Assembly (NCBI RefSeq): GCF_009914755.1 | Contig: NC_060936.1 | DNA length: 64,000 nt | Strand: one strand, 5' to 3' | Origin: the human T2T-CHM13v2.0 reference genome, Homo sapiens | Shown: positions 1 through 13,622 of the stretch, in pieces | How positions within the stretch are numbered: the stretch's first letter is position 1 | Layout: the number at the start of each line of letters is the position of its first letter | Position numbers and translations under genes: made by a program | Notes under the pieces: generated by a model | Database searches by the model: none | Seen by the model: the letters and a program-made list of their open reading frames with translations, nothing else | Told to the model about the DNA's origin: nothing

Positions 1-39
1 GTTACTGAGAATTCTTCTGTGTAACATTATATGAGGAAA

Positions 40-56
40 TCCCGTTTCCAACGAAG
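40..56 (-). other. CENP-B box (first of about 189 box positions; about 22 carry core-base changes)
   Basis: TCCCGTTTCCAACGAAG is the reverse complement of CTTCGTTGGAAACGGGA and matches the core NTTCGNNNNANNCGGGN. It is repeated once per dimer. Confidence 0.97.
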
Positions 57-2246
57 GCCTCAAAGAGGTCCAAATATCCACTTGCAGACTTTACAAAGAC
101 AGTGTCTCCAAACTCCTCCATCAAAAGAAAGGTTATACTCTGTGAATTGAACGCACACATCTCAAAGTAGTTTCTGAGAATGATTCTGTCTAGTTTTTAT
201 ACGAAGATATTTCCTTTTCTACATTTGGCCTAAAAGCGCTTGAAATCTCCACCTGCAAATATCACAAAAAGAAGGTTTCACATCTGCTCTGTCTAAAGGA
301 CAGTTCACCTCTGTGAGTTGAATAGAGGCAACACAAAGAACTTACTCAGTATTCTTCTTTCTTGCGTTCTATGAAGAAATCCCGTTTCCAACGAAGGCCC
401 CAAAGAGGTCCAAATATCTGCTTGCACACTTTACAGACAGAGTGTTTCCAAACTACTCTATGAAAAGAAAGCTTAAACTCCTTGAGTTGAACGCACACAT
501 CACAAAGTAGTTTCTGAGAATGATTCTGTCCAGTTTTTATACGAAGATGTTTCCTTTTCTACATTTGGTCTCAAAGCGATTGAAATCTCCAACTGGAAAC
601 TGCACAAATAGGGTGTTTCAAATCTGCTCTGTCTAAAGGAAGGTTCAACCCTGTGAGTTGAATACACACACCACAAATAAGTTACTGAGAATTCTTGTGT
701 CGAACATTACTTGAAGAAATCCCGTTTCCAACGAAGGCCTCAAAGAGGTCCAAATATTCACTTGCAGATATTACAAACAGAGTGTTTCCAAACTGCTCCA
801 TCAAAAGAAAGGTTAAACTCTGTGAGCTGAACACACACATCAAAAAGAAGTTTCTGTGAATGATTCTGTCAAGATTTTATAAGATGTTTCCATTTCTACC
901 GTAGGACTCAAAGCGCTTGAAATCTCCAGCTGCAAATTCCACAAAAAGGGTGTTTAACATCTGCTCTTCTAAAGGAAAGTTCAACTCTATGAGTTGAATA
1001 CACACAGCACAAAGAAGTTACTCAGACTTCTCCTATCAAACATTATATGAAGAAATCCCGTTTCCAACGAAGGCCTCAAAGAGGTCCAAATATCTGCTTG
1101 CAGACTTTAAAGACAGAGTTTTTCCAAACTGCTCCATCAAAAGAAAGGTTAAACTCCTTGAGTTGAAAACACACATCACAAAGTAGTTTCTGTGAATGAT
1201 TCTGTCTAGTTTCTATACGAAGATGTTTCCTTTTCTACCTTTGGTCTCAAAGCGATTGAAATCTCCACATGGAAACTCCACAAAAAGAGTGTTTCAAATC
1301 TGCTCTTTCTGAAGGAAGGTTCAACTCTGTGAGTTGAATACACACACCACAAATAAGTTCCTGAGAATTCTTCTGTGTAACATTATATGAGGAAATCCCG
1401 TTTCCAACGAAGGCCTCAAAGAGGTCCAAATATCCACTTGCAGACTTTACAAAGACAGTGTCTCCAAACTCCTCCATCAAAAGAAAGGTTATACTCTGTG
1501 AATTGAACGCACACATCACAAAGTAGTTTCTGAGAATGATTCTGTCTAGTTTTTATACGAAGATATTTCCTTTTCTACATTTGGCCTAAAAGCGCTTGAA
1601 ATCTCCACCTGCAAATATCACAAAAAGAGGGTTTCACATCTGCTCTGTCTAAAGGACAGTTCACCTCTGTGAGTTGAGTAGAGGCAACACAAAGAACTTA
1701 CTCAGTATTTTTCTTTCTAGCGTTCTATGAAGAAGTCACGTTTCCAACGAAGGCCCCAATGAGGTCCAAATATCTGCTTGCAGACTTTACAGACAGAGTG
1801 TTTCCAAACTACTCTATGAAAAGAAAGCTTAAACTTCTTGAGTTGAACGCACACATCACAAAGTAGTTTCTGAGAATGATTCTGTCTAGTTTTTATACGA
1901 AGATGTTTCCTTTTCTACATTTGGTCTCAAAGCGATTGAAATCTCCAACTGGAAACTGCACAAATAGGGTGTTTCAAATCTGCTCTGTCTAAAGGAAGGT
2001 TCAACTCTTTGAGTTGAATACACACACCACAAATAAGTTCCTGAGAATTCTTCTGTCGAACATTACTTGAAGAAATCCCGTTTCCAACGAAGGCCTCAAA
2101 GAGGTCCAAATATCCACTTGCAGACATTACAAACAGAGTGTTTCCAAACTGCTCCATCAAAAGAAAGGTTAAACTCTGTGAGCTGAACACACACATCAAA
2201 AAGAAGTTTCTGTGAATGATTCTGTCTAGATTTTATAAGAAGATGT

Positions 2247-2263
2247 TTCCTTTTCTACCGTAG
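2247..2263 (-). other. A-box (pJ-alpha-type site) in the alternate monomers (example)
   Basis: ttccttttctaccgtag reads CTACGGTAGAAAAGGAA on the minus strand. It lies 171 bp from the CENP-B box at 2076, the homologous position in the A-type monomer. Confidence 0.7.
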
Positions 2264-3770
2264 GCCTCAAAGTGCTTGAAATCTCCAGCTGCAAATTCCA
2301 CAAAAAGGGTGTTTAACATCTGCTCTTCTAAAGGAAAGTTCAACTCAATGAGTTGAATACACACAGCCCAAAGAAGTTACTGAGACTTCTCCTATCAAAC
2401 ATTATATGAAGAAATCCCGTTTCCAACGAAGGCCTCAAAGAGGTCCAAATATCTGCTTACAGACTTTACAAAGACAGTGTCTCCAAACTCCTCCATCAAA
2501 AGAAAGGTTATACTCTGTGAATTGAACGCACACATCACAAAGTAGTTTCTGAGAATGATTCTGTCTAGTTTTTATACGAAGATATTTCCTTTTCTACATT
2601 TGGCCTAAAAGCGATTGAAGTCTCCACCTGCAAATATCACAAAAAGAGGGTTTCACATCTGCTCTGTCTAAAGGACAGTTCACCTTTGTGAGTTGAATAG
2701 AGGCAACACAAAGAACTTACTCAGTATTCTTCTTTCTAGCGTTCTATGAAGAAATCCCGTTTCCAACGAAGGCCCCAAAGAGGTCCAAATATCTGCTTGC
2801 AGACTTCACAGACAGAGTGTTTCCAAACTACTCTATGAAAAGAAAGCTTAAACTCCTTGAGTTGAACGCACACATCACAAAGTAGTTTCTGAGAATGATT
2901 CTGTCTAGTTTTTATACGAAGATGTTTCCTTTTCTACATTTGGTCTCAAAGCGATTGAAATCTCCAACTGGAAACTGCACAAATAGGGTGTTTCAAATCT
3001 GCTCTGTCTAAAGGAAGGTTCAACTCTGTGAGTTGAATACACACACCACAAATAAGTTACTGAGAATTCTTCTGTCGAACATTACTTGAAGAAATCCCGT
3101 TTCCAACGAAGGCCTCAAAGAGGTCCAAATATCCACTTGCAGACATTAGAAAAAGAGTGTTTCCAAACTGCTCCATCAAAAGAAAGGTTAAACTCTGTGA
3201 GCTGAACACACACATCAAAAAGAAGTTTCTGTGAATGATTCTGTCAAGATTTTGTAAGATGTTTCCATTTCTACCGTAGGACTCAAAGCGCTTGAAATCT
3301 CCAGCTGCAAATTCCACAAAAAGGGTGTTTAACATCTGCTCTTCTAAAGGAAAGTTCAACTCTATGAGTTGAATACACACAGCACAAAGAAGTTACTGAG
3401 ACTTCTCCTATCAAACATTATATGAAGAAATCCCGTTTCCAACGAAGGCCTCAAAGAGGTCCAAATATCTGCTTGCAGACTTTAAAGACAGAGTTTTTCC
3501 AAACTGCTCCATCAAAAGAAAGGTTAAACTCCTTGAGTTGAACACACACATCACAAAGTAGTTTCTGTGAATGATTCTGTCTAGTTTTTATACGAAGATG
3601 TTTCCTTTTCTACCTTTGGTCTCAAAGCGATTGAAATCTCCACATGGAAACTCCACAAAAAGAGTGTTTCAAATCTGCTCTTTCTGAAGGAAGGTTCAAC
3701 TCTGTGAGTTGAATACACACACCACAAATAAGTTACTGAGAATTCTTCTGTGTAACATTATATGAGGAAA

Positions 3771-4789
3771 TCCCGTTTCCAACGAAGGCCTCAAAGAGGT
3801 CCAAATATCCACTTGCAGACTTTACAAAGACAGTGTCTCCAAACTCCTCCATCAAAAGAAAGGTGATACTCTGTGAATTGAACGCACACATCACAAAGTA
3901 GTTTCTGAGAATGATTCTGTCTAGTTTTTATACGAAGATATTTCCTTTTCTACATTTGGCCTAAAAGCGCTTGAAATCTCCACCTGCAAATATCACAAAA
4001 AGAGGGTTTCACATCTGCTCTGTCTAAAGGACAGTTCACCTCTGTGAGTTGAGTAGAGGCAACACAAAGAACTTACTCAGTATTCTTCTTTCTAGCGTTC
4101 TATGAAGAAATCACGTTTCCAACGAAGGCCCCAAAGAGGTCCAAATATCTGCTTGCAGACTTTACAGACAGAGTGTTTCCAAACTACTCTATGAAAAGAA
4201 AGCTTAAACTTCTTGAGTTGAACGCACACATCACAAAGTAGTTTCTGAGAATGATTCTGTCTAGTTTTTATACGAAGATGTTTCCTTTTCTACATTTGGT
4301 CTCAAAGCGATTGAAATCTCCAACTGGAAACTGCACAAATAGGGTGTTTCAAATCTGCTCTGTCTAAAGGAAGGTTCAACTCTTTGAGTTGAATACACAC
4401 ACCACAAATAAGTTACTGAGAATTCTTCTGTCGAACATTACTTGAAGAAATCCCGTTTCCAACGAAGGCCTCAAAGAGGTCCAAATATCCACTTGCAGAC
4501 ATTACAAACAGAGTGTTTCCAAACTGCTCCATCAAAACAAAGGTTAAACTCTGTGAGCTGAACACACACATCAAAAAGAAGTTTCTGTGAATGATTCTGT
4601 CTAGATTTTATAAGAAGATGTTTCCTTTTCTACCGTAGGCCTCAAAGTGCTTGAAATCTCCAGCTGCAAATTCCACAAAAAGGGTGTTTAACATCTGCTC
4701 TTCTAAAGGAAAGTTCAACTCTATGAGTTGAATACACACAGCCCAAAGAAGTTACTGAGACTTCTCCTATCAAACATTATATGAAGAAA
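3771..4789 (-). repeat. Example of the 6-mer HOR variant (A-B-C, 1019 bp; D dimer missing)
   Basis: Boxes at 3771, 4111 and 4451. The next dimer (4790) is a D/A hybrid (tatctgcttgcagactttacaaagacagtgtctcc), here called A'. Confidence 0.93.
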
Positions 4790-7700
4790 TCCCGTTTCCA
4801 ACGAAGGCCTCAAAGAGGTCCAAATATCTGCTTGCAGACTTTACAAAGACAGTGTCTCCAAACTCCTCCATCAAAAGAAAGGTTATACTCTGTGAATTGA
4901 ACGCACACATCACAAAGTAGTTTCTGAGAATGATTCTGTCTAGTTTTTATACGAAGATATTTCCTTTTCTACATTTGGCCTAAAAGCGCTTGAAGTCTCC
5001 ACCTGCAAATATCACAAAAAGAGGGTTTCACATCTGCTCTGTCTAAAGGACAGTTCACCTTTGTGAGTTGAATAGAGGCAACACAAAGAACTTACTCAGT
5101 ATTCTTCTTTCTAGCGTTCTATGAAGAAATCCCGTTTCCAACGAAGGCCCCAAAGAGGTCCAAATATCTGCTTGCAGACTTTACAGACAGAGTGTTTCCA
5201 AACTACTCTATGAAAAGAAAGCTTAAACTCCTTGAGTTGAACGCACACATCACAAAGTAGTTTCTGAGAATGATTCTGTCTAGTTTTTATACGAAGATGT
5301 TTCCTTTTCTACATTTGGTCTCAAAGCGATTGAAATCTCCAACTGGAAACTGCACAAATAGGGTGTTTCAAATCTGCTCTGTCTAAAGGAAGGTTCAACT
5401 CTGTGTGTTGAATACACACACCACAAATAAGTTACTGAGAATTCTTCTGTCGAACATTACTTGAAGAAATCCCGTTTCCAACGAAGGCCTCAAAGAGGTC
5501 CAAATATCCACTTGCAGACATTACAAACAGAGTGTTTCCAAACTGCTCCATCAAAAGAAAGGTTAAACTCTGTGAGCTGAACACACACATCAAAAAGAAG
5601 TTTCTGTGAATGATTCTGTCTAGATTTTATAAGAACATATTTCCTTTTCTACCGTAGGCCACAAAGCGCTTGAAATCTCCAGCTGCAAATTCCACAAAAA
5701 GGGTGTTTAACATCTGCTCTTCTAAAGGAAAGTTCAACTCTATGCGTTGAGTACACACAGCACAAAGAAGTTACTGAGACTTCTCCTATCAAACATTATA
5801 TGAAGAAATCCCGTTTCCAACGAAGGCCTCAAAGAGGTCCAAATATCTGCTTGCAGTCTTTAAAGACAGAGTTTATCCAAACTGCTCCATCAAAAGAAAG
5901 GTTAAACTCCTTGAGTTGAACACACACATCACAAAGTAGTTTCTGTGAATGATTCTGTCTAGTTTTTATACGAAGACGTTTCCTTTTCTACCTTTGGTCT
6001 CAAAGCGATTGAAATCTCCACATGGAAACTCCACAAAAAGAGTGTTTCAAATCTGCTCTTTCTGAAGGAAGGTTCAACTCTGTGAGTTGAATACACACAC
6101 CACAAATAAGTTACTGAGAATTCTTCTGTGTAACATTATATGAGGAAATCCCGTTTCCAACGAAGGCCTCAAAGAGGTCCAAATATCCACTTGCAGACTT
6201 TACAAAGACAGTGTCTCCAAACTCCTCCATCAAAAGAAAGGTTATACTCTGTGAATTGAACGCACACATCACAAAGTAGTTTCTGAGAATGATTCTGTCT
6301 AGTTTTTATACGAAGATATTTCCTTTTCTACATTTGGCCTAAAAGCGCTTGAAATCTCCACCTGCAAATATCACAAAAAGAGGGTTTCACATCTGCTCTG
6401 TCTAAAGGACAGTTCACCTCTGTGAGTTGAGTAGAGGCAACACAAAGAACTTACTCAGTATTCTTCTTTCTAGCGTTCTATGAAGAAATCACGTTTCCAA
6501 CGAAGGCCCCAAAGAGGTCCAAATATCTGCTTGCAGACTTTACAGACAGAGTGTTTCCAAACTACTCTATGAAAAGAAAGCTTAAACTTCTTGAGTTGAA
6601 CGCACACATCACAAAGTAGTTTCTGAGAATGATTCTGTCTAGTTTTTATACGAAGATGTTTCCTTTTCTACATTTGGTCTCAAAGCGATTGAAATCTCCA
6701 ACTGGAAACTGCACAAATAGGGTGTTTCAAATCTGCTCTGTCTAAAGGAAGGTTCAACTCTTTGAGTTGAATACACACACCACAAATAAGTTACTGAGAA
6801 TTCTTCTGTCGAACATTACTTGAAGAAATCCCGTTTCCAACGAAGGCCTCAAAGAGGTCCAAATATCCACTTGCAGACATTACAAACAGAGTGTTTCCAA
6901 ACTGCTCCATCAAAAGAAAGGTTAAACTCTGTGAGCTGAACACACACATCAAAAAGAAGTTTCTGTGAATGATTCTGTCTAGATTTTATAAGAAGATGTT
7001 TCCTTTTCTACCGTAGGCCTCAAAGTGCTTGAAATCTCCAGCTGCAAATTCCACAAAAAGGGTGTTTAACATCTGCTCTTCTAAAGGAAAGTTCAACTCA
7101 ATGAGTTGAATACACACAGCCCAAAGAAGTTACTGAGACTTCTCCTATCAAACATTATATGAAGAAATCCCGTTTCCAACGAAGGCCTCAAAGAGGTCCA
7201 AATATCTGCTTGCAGACTTTACAAAGACAGTGTCTCCAAACTCCTCCATCAAAAGAAAGGTTATACTCTGTGAATTGAACGCACACATCACAAAGTAGTT
7301 TCTGAGAATGATTCTGTCTAGTTTTTATACGAAGATATTTCCTTTTCTACATTTGGCCTAAAAGCGCTTGAAGTCTCCACCTGCAAATATCACAAAAAGA
7401 GGGTTTCACATCTGCTCTGTCTAAAGGACAGTTCACCTTTGTGAGTTGAATAGAGGCAACACAAAGAACTTACTCAGTATTCTTCTTTCTAGCGTTCTAT
7501 GAAGAAATCCCGTTTCCAACGAAGGCCCCAAAGAGGTCCAAATATCTGCTTGCAGACTTTACAGACAGAGTGTTTCCAAACTACTCTATGAAAAGAAAGC
7601 TTAAACTCCTTGAGTTGAACGCACACATCACAAAGTAGTTTCTGAGAATGATTCTGTCTAGTTTTTATACGAAGATGTTTCCTTTTCTACATTTGGTCTC

Positions 7701-10564
7701 AAAGCGATTGAAATCTCCAACTGGAAACTGCACAAATAGGGTGTTTCAAATCTGCTCTGTCTAAAGGAAGGTTCAACTCTGTGTGTTGAATACACACACC
7801 ACAAATAAGTTACTGAGAATTCTTCTGTCGAACATTACTTGAAGAAATCCCGTTTCCAACGAAGGCCTCAAAGAGGTCCAAATATCCACTTGCAGACATT
7901 ACAAACAGAGTGTTTCCAAACTGCTCCATCAAAAGAAAGGTTAAACTCTGTGAGCTGAACACACACATCAAAAAGAAGTTTCTGTGAATGATTCTGTCTA
8001 GATTTTATAAGAACATATTTCCTTTTCTACCGTAGGCCACAAAGCGCTTGAAATCTCCAGCTGCAAATTCCACAAAAAGGGTGTTTAACATCTGCTCTTC
8101 TAAAGGAAAGTTCAACTCTATGCGTTGAGTACACACAGCTCAAAGAAGTTACTGAGACTTCTCCTATCAAACATTATATGAAGAAATCCCGTTTCCAACG
8201 AAGGCCTCAAAGAGGTCCAAATATCTGCTTGCAGTCTTTAAAGACAGAGTTTTTCCAAACTGCTCCATCAAAAGAAAGGTTAAACTCCTTGAGTTGAACA
8301 CACACATCACAAAGTAGTTTCTGTGAATGATTCTGTCTAGTTTTTATACGAAGATGTTTCCTTTTCTACCTTTGGTCTCAAAGCGATTGAAATCTCCACA
8401 TGGAAACACCACAAAAAGAGTGTTTCAAATCTGCTCTTTCTGAAGGAAGGTTCAACTCTGTGAGTTGAATACACACACCACAAATAAGTTACTGAGAATT
8501 CTTCTGTGTAACATTATATGAGGAAATCCCGTTTCCAACGAAGGCCTCAAAGAGGTCCAAATATCCACTTGCAGACTTTACAAAGACAGTGTCTCCAAAC
8601 TCCTCCATCAAAAGAAAGGTTATACTCTGTGAATTGAACGCACACATCACAAAGTAGTTTCTGAGAATGATTCTGTCTAGTTTTTATACGAAGATATTTC
8701 CTTTTCTACATTTGTCCTAAAAGCGCTTGAAATCTCCACCTGCAAATATCACAAAAAGAGGGTTTCACATCTGCTCTGTCTAAAGGACAGTTCACCTCTG
8801 TGAGTTGAGTAGAGGCAACACAAAGAACTTACTCAGTATTCTTCTTTCTAGCGTTCTATGAAGAAATCACGTTTCCAACGAAGGCCCCAATGAGGTCCAA
8901 ATATCTGCTTGCAGACTTTACAGACAGAGTGTTTCCAAACTACTCTATGAAAAGAAAGCTTAAACTTCTTGAGTTGAACGCACACATAACAAAGTAGTTT
9001 CTGAGAATGATTCTGTCTAGTTTTTATACGAAGATGTTTCCTTTTCTACATTTGGTCTCAAAGCGATTGAAATCTCCAACTGGAAACTGCACAAATAGGG
9101 TGTTTCAAATCTGCTCTGTCTAAAGGAAGGTTCAACTCTTTGAGTTGAATACACACACCACAAATAAGTTACTGAGAATTCTTCTGTCGAACATTACTTG
9201 AAGAAATCCCGTTTCCAACGAAGGCCTCAAAGAGGTCCAAATATCCACTTGCAGACATTACAAACAGAGTGTTTCCAAACTGCTCCATCAAAAGAAAGGT
9301 TAAACTCTGTGAGCTGAACACACACATCAAAAAGTAGTTTCTGTGAATGATTCTGTCTAGATTTTATAAGAAGATGTTTCCTTTTCTACCGTAGGCCTCA
9401 AAGTGCTTGAAATCTCCAGCTGCAAATTCCACAAAAACGGTGTTTAACATCTGCTCTTCTAAAGGAAAGTTCAACTCAACGAGTTGAATACACACAGCCC
9501 AAAGAAGTTACTGAGACTTCTCCTATCAAACATTATATGAAGAAATCCCGTTTCCAACGAAGGCCTCAAAGAGGTCCAAATATCTGCTTGCAGACTTTAC
9601 AAAGACAGTGTCTCCAAACTCCTCCATCAAAAGAAAGGTTATACTCTGTGAATTGAACGCACACATCACAAAGTAGTTTCTGAGAATGATTCTGTCTAGT
9701 TTTTATACGAAGATATTTCCTTTTCTACATTTGGCCTAAAAGCGCTTGAAGTCTCCACCTGCAAATATCACAAAAAGAGGGTTTCACATCTGCTCTGTCT
9801 AAAGGACAGATCACCTTTGTGAGTTGAATAGAGGCAACACAAAGAACTTACTCAGTATTCTTCTTTCTAGCGTTCTATGAAGAAATCCCGTTTCCAACGA
9901 AGGCCCCAAAGAGGTCCAAATATCTGCTTGCAGACTTTACAGACAGAGTGTTTCCAAACTACTCTATGAAAAGAAAGCTTAAACTCCTTGAGTTGAACGC
10001 ACACATCACAAAGTAGTTTCTGAGAATGATTCTGTCTAGTTTTTATACGAAGATGTTTCCTTTTCTACATTTGGTCTCAAAGCGATTGAAATCTCCAACT
10101 GGAAACTGCACAAATAGGGTGTTTCAAATCTGCTCTGTCTAAAGGAAGGTTCAACTCTGTGAGTTGAATACACACACCACAAATAAGTTACTGAGAATTC
10201 TTCTGTCGAACATTACTTGAAGAAATCCCGTTTCCAACGAAGGCCTCAAAGAGGTCCAAATATCCACTTGCAGACATTACAAACAGAGTGTTTCCAAACT
10301 GCTCCATCAAAAGAAAGGTTAAACTCTGTGAGCTGAACACACACATCAAAAAGAAGTTTCTGTGAATGATTCTGTCTAGATTTTATAAGAACATATTTCC
10401 TTTTCTACCGTAGGCCACAAAGCGCTTGAAATCTCCAGCTGCAAATTCCACAAAAAGGGTGTTTAACATCTGCTCTTCTAAAGGAAAGTTCAACTCTATG
10501 AGTTGAATACACACAGCACAAAGAAGTTACTGAGACTTCTCCTATCAAACATTATATGAAGAAA

Positions 10565-10904
10565 TCCCGTTTCCAACGAAGGCCTCAAAGAGGTCCAAAT
10601 ATCCACTTGCAGACATTACAAACAGAGTGTTTCCAAACTGTTCCATCAAAAGAAAGATTAAACTCTGTGAGCTGAACACACACATGAAAAAGAAGTTTCT
10701 GTGAATGATTCTGTCTAGATTTTATACGAAGATGTTTCCTTTTCTACCTTTGTTCTCAATGCGATTGAAATCTCCACCTGGAAACTCCACAAAAAGGGTG
10801 TTTCAAATCTGCTCTTTCTGAAGGAAGGTTCAACTCTGTGAGTTGAATAAACACACCACAAATAAGTTACTGAGAATTCTTCTGTGTAACATTATATGAG
10901 GAAA
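10565..10904 (-). repeat. Hybrid dimer D* (C-type front, D-type back); also at 17020, 41468, 46564 and 51317
   Basis: It begins tatccacttgcagacattacaaac...gagctgaac (C) and switches near tctagattttata|cgaag to acctttg...ctttctgaagg (D). Private variants are ctgttccatc, aaagattaa and cacatgaaa. Confidence 0.88.
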
Positions 10905-12263
10905 TCCCGTTTCCAACGAAGGCCTCAAAGAGGTCCAAATATCCACTTGCAGACTTTACAAAGACAGTGTCTCCAAACTCCTCCATCAAAAGAAAGGTTA
11001 TACTCTGTGAATTGAACGCACACATCACAAAGTAGTTTCTGAGAATGATTCTGTCTAGTTTTTATACGAAGATATTTCCTTTTCTACATTTGGCCTAAAA
11101 GCGCTTGAAATCTCCACCTGCAAATATCACAAAAAGAGGGTTTCACATCTGCTCTGTCTAAAGGACAGTTCACCTCTGTGAGTTGAATAGAGGCAACACA
11201 AAGAACTTACTCAGTATTCTTCTTTCTAGCGTTCTATGAAGAAATCCCGTTTCCAACGAAGGCCCCAAAGAGGTCCAAATATCTGCTTGCACACTTTACA
11301 GACAGAGTGTTTCCAAACTACTCTATGAAAAGAAAGCTTAAACTCCTTGAGTTGAACGCACACATCACAAAGTAGTTTCTGAGAATGATTCTGTCCAGTT
11401 TTTATACGAAGATGTTTCCTTTTTTACATTTGGTCTCAAAGCGATTGAAATCTCCAACTGGAAACTGCACAAATACGGTGTTTCAAATCTGCTCTGTCTA
11501 AAGGAAGGTTCAACTCTGTGAGTTGAATACACACACCACAAATAAGTTACTGAGAATTCTTCTGTCGAACATTACTTGAAGAAATCCCGTTTCCAACGAA
11601 GGCCTCAAAGAGGTCCAAATATTCACTTGCAGATATTACAAACAGAGTGTTTCCAAACTGCTCCATCAAAAGAAAGGTTAAACTCTGTGAGCTGAACACA
11701 CACATCAAAAACAAGTTTCTGTGAATGATTCTGTCTAGATTTTATAAGAAGATGTTTCCTTTTCTACCGTAGGACTCAAAGCGCTTGAAATCTCCAGCTG
11801 CAAATTCCACAAAAAGGGTGTTTAACATCTGCTCTTCTAAAGGAAAGTTCAACTCTATGAGTTGAATACACACAGCACAAAGAAGTTACTGAGACTTCTC
11901 CTATCAAACATTATATGAAGAAATCCCGTTTCCAACGAAGGCCTCAAAGAGGTCCAAATATCTGCTTGCAGACTTTAAAGACAGAGTTTTTCCAAACTGC
12001 TCCATCAAAAGAAAGGTTAAACTCCTTGAGTTGAACACACACATCACAAAGTAGTTTCTGTGAATGATTCTGTCTAGTTTTTATACGAAGATGTTTCCTT
12101 TTCTACCTTTGGTCTCAAAGCGATTGAAATCTCCACATGGAAACTCCACAAAAAGAGTGTTTCAAATCTGCTCTTTCTGAAGGAAGGTTCAACTCTGTGA
12201 GTTGAATACACGCACCACAAATAAGTTACTGGGAATTCTTCTGTGTAAAATTATATGAGGAAA
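10905..12263 (-). repeat. Example of the canonical 8-mer HOR unit (dimers A-B-C-D, 1359 bp)
   Basis: Boxes at 10905 (A: acagtgtctcc...ggacagttcacc), 11245 (B: actactctatgaaaagaaagctt), 11585 (C: gagctgaac...accgtagg), 11924 (D: acctttggtc...ctttctgaagg). The next A is at 12264. Confidence 0.95.
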
Positions 12264-13282
12264 TCCCGTTTCCAACGAAGGCCTCAAAGAGGTCCAAATA
12301 TCCACTTGCAGACTTTACAAAGACAGTGTCTCCAAACTCCTCCATCAAAAGAAAGGTTATACTCTGTGAATTGAACGCACACATCACAAAGTAGTTTCTG
12401 AGAATGATTCTGTCTAGTTTTTATACGAAGATATTTCCTTTTCTACATTTGGCCTAAAAGCGCTTGAAATCTCCACCTGCAAATATCACAAAAAGAGGGT
12501 TTCACATCTGCTCTGTCTAAAGGACAGTTCACCTCTGTGAGTTGAATAGAGGCAACACAAAGAACTTACTGAGTATTCTTCTTTCTAGCGTTCTATGAAG
12601 AAATCCCGTTTCCAACGAAGGCCCCAATGAGGTCCAAATATCTGCTTGCAGACATTACAGACAGAGTGTTTCCAAACTACTCTATGAAAAGAAAGCTTAA
12701 ACTCCTTGAGTTGAACGCACACATCACAAAGTAGTTTCTGAGAATGATTCTGTCTAGTTTTTATACGAAGATGTTTCCTTTTCTACATTTGGTCTCAAAG
12801 CGATTGAAATCTCCAACTGGAAACTGCACAAATAGGGTGTTTCAAATCTGCTCTGTCTAAAGGAAGGTTCAACTCTGTGAGTTGAATACACACACCACAA
12901 ATAAGTTACTGAGAATTCTTCTGTCGAACATTACTTGAAGAAATCCCTTTTCCAACGAAGGCCTCAAAGAGGTCCAAATATCCACTTGCAGACATTACAA
13001 ACAGAGTGTTTCCAAACTGCTCCATCAAAAGAAAGGTTAAACTCTGTGAGCTGAACACACACATCAAAAAGAAGTTTCTGTGAATGATTCTGTCTAGATT
13101 TTATAAGAAGATGTTTCCTTTTCTACCGTAGGCCTCAAAGCGCTTGAAATCTCCAGCTGCAAATTCCACAAAAAGGGTGTTTAACATCTGCTCTTCTAAA
13201 GGAAAGTTCAACTCAATGAGTTGAATACACACAGCAGAAAGAAGTTACTGAGACTTCTCCTATCAAACATTATATGAAGAAA

Positions 13283-13622
13283 TCCCGTTTCCAACGAAGG
13301 CCTCAAAGAGGTCCAAATATCTGCTTGCAGACTTTACAAAGACAGTGTCTCCAAACTCCTCCATCAAAAGAAAGGTTAAACTCCTTGAGTTGAACACACA
13401 CATCACAAAGTAGTTTCTGTGAATGATTCTGTCTAGTTTTTATACGAAGATGTTTCCTTTTCTACCTTTGGTCTCAAAGCGATTGAAATCTCCACATGGA
13501 AACTCCACAAAAAGAGTGTTTCAAATCTGCTCTTTCTGAAGGAAGGTTCAACTCTGTGAGTTGAATACACACACCACAAATAAGTTACTGAGAATTCTTC
13601 TGTGTAACATTATATGAGGAAA
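13283..13622 (-). repeat. Hybrid dimer D^ (A'-type front, D-type back); also at 23472 and 44186
   Basis: tatctgcttgcagactttacaaagacagtgtctccaaactcctcc (A') is followed by ggttaaactccttgag...acctttggtc (D). Confidence 0.88.

Larger units (their letters stand above)
1396..10904 (-). repeat. Four tandem 14-mer super-units (6-mer + 8-mer; 2375-2378 bp)
   Basis: A-dimer boxes at 1396, 3771, 6149 and 8527, next at 10905. Each unit reads A-B-C-A'-B-C-D; the last ends in the hybrid D*. Confidence 0.92.

Noticed and set aside
1735-1742. Variant box RTCACGTT resembles yeast CDEI/E-box RTCACRTG
   Set aside because: The last base mismatches (CACGTT, not CACGTG). A chance single-substitution resemblance with no supporting evidence.
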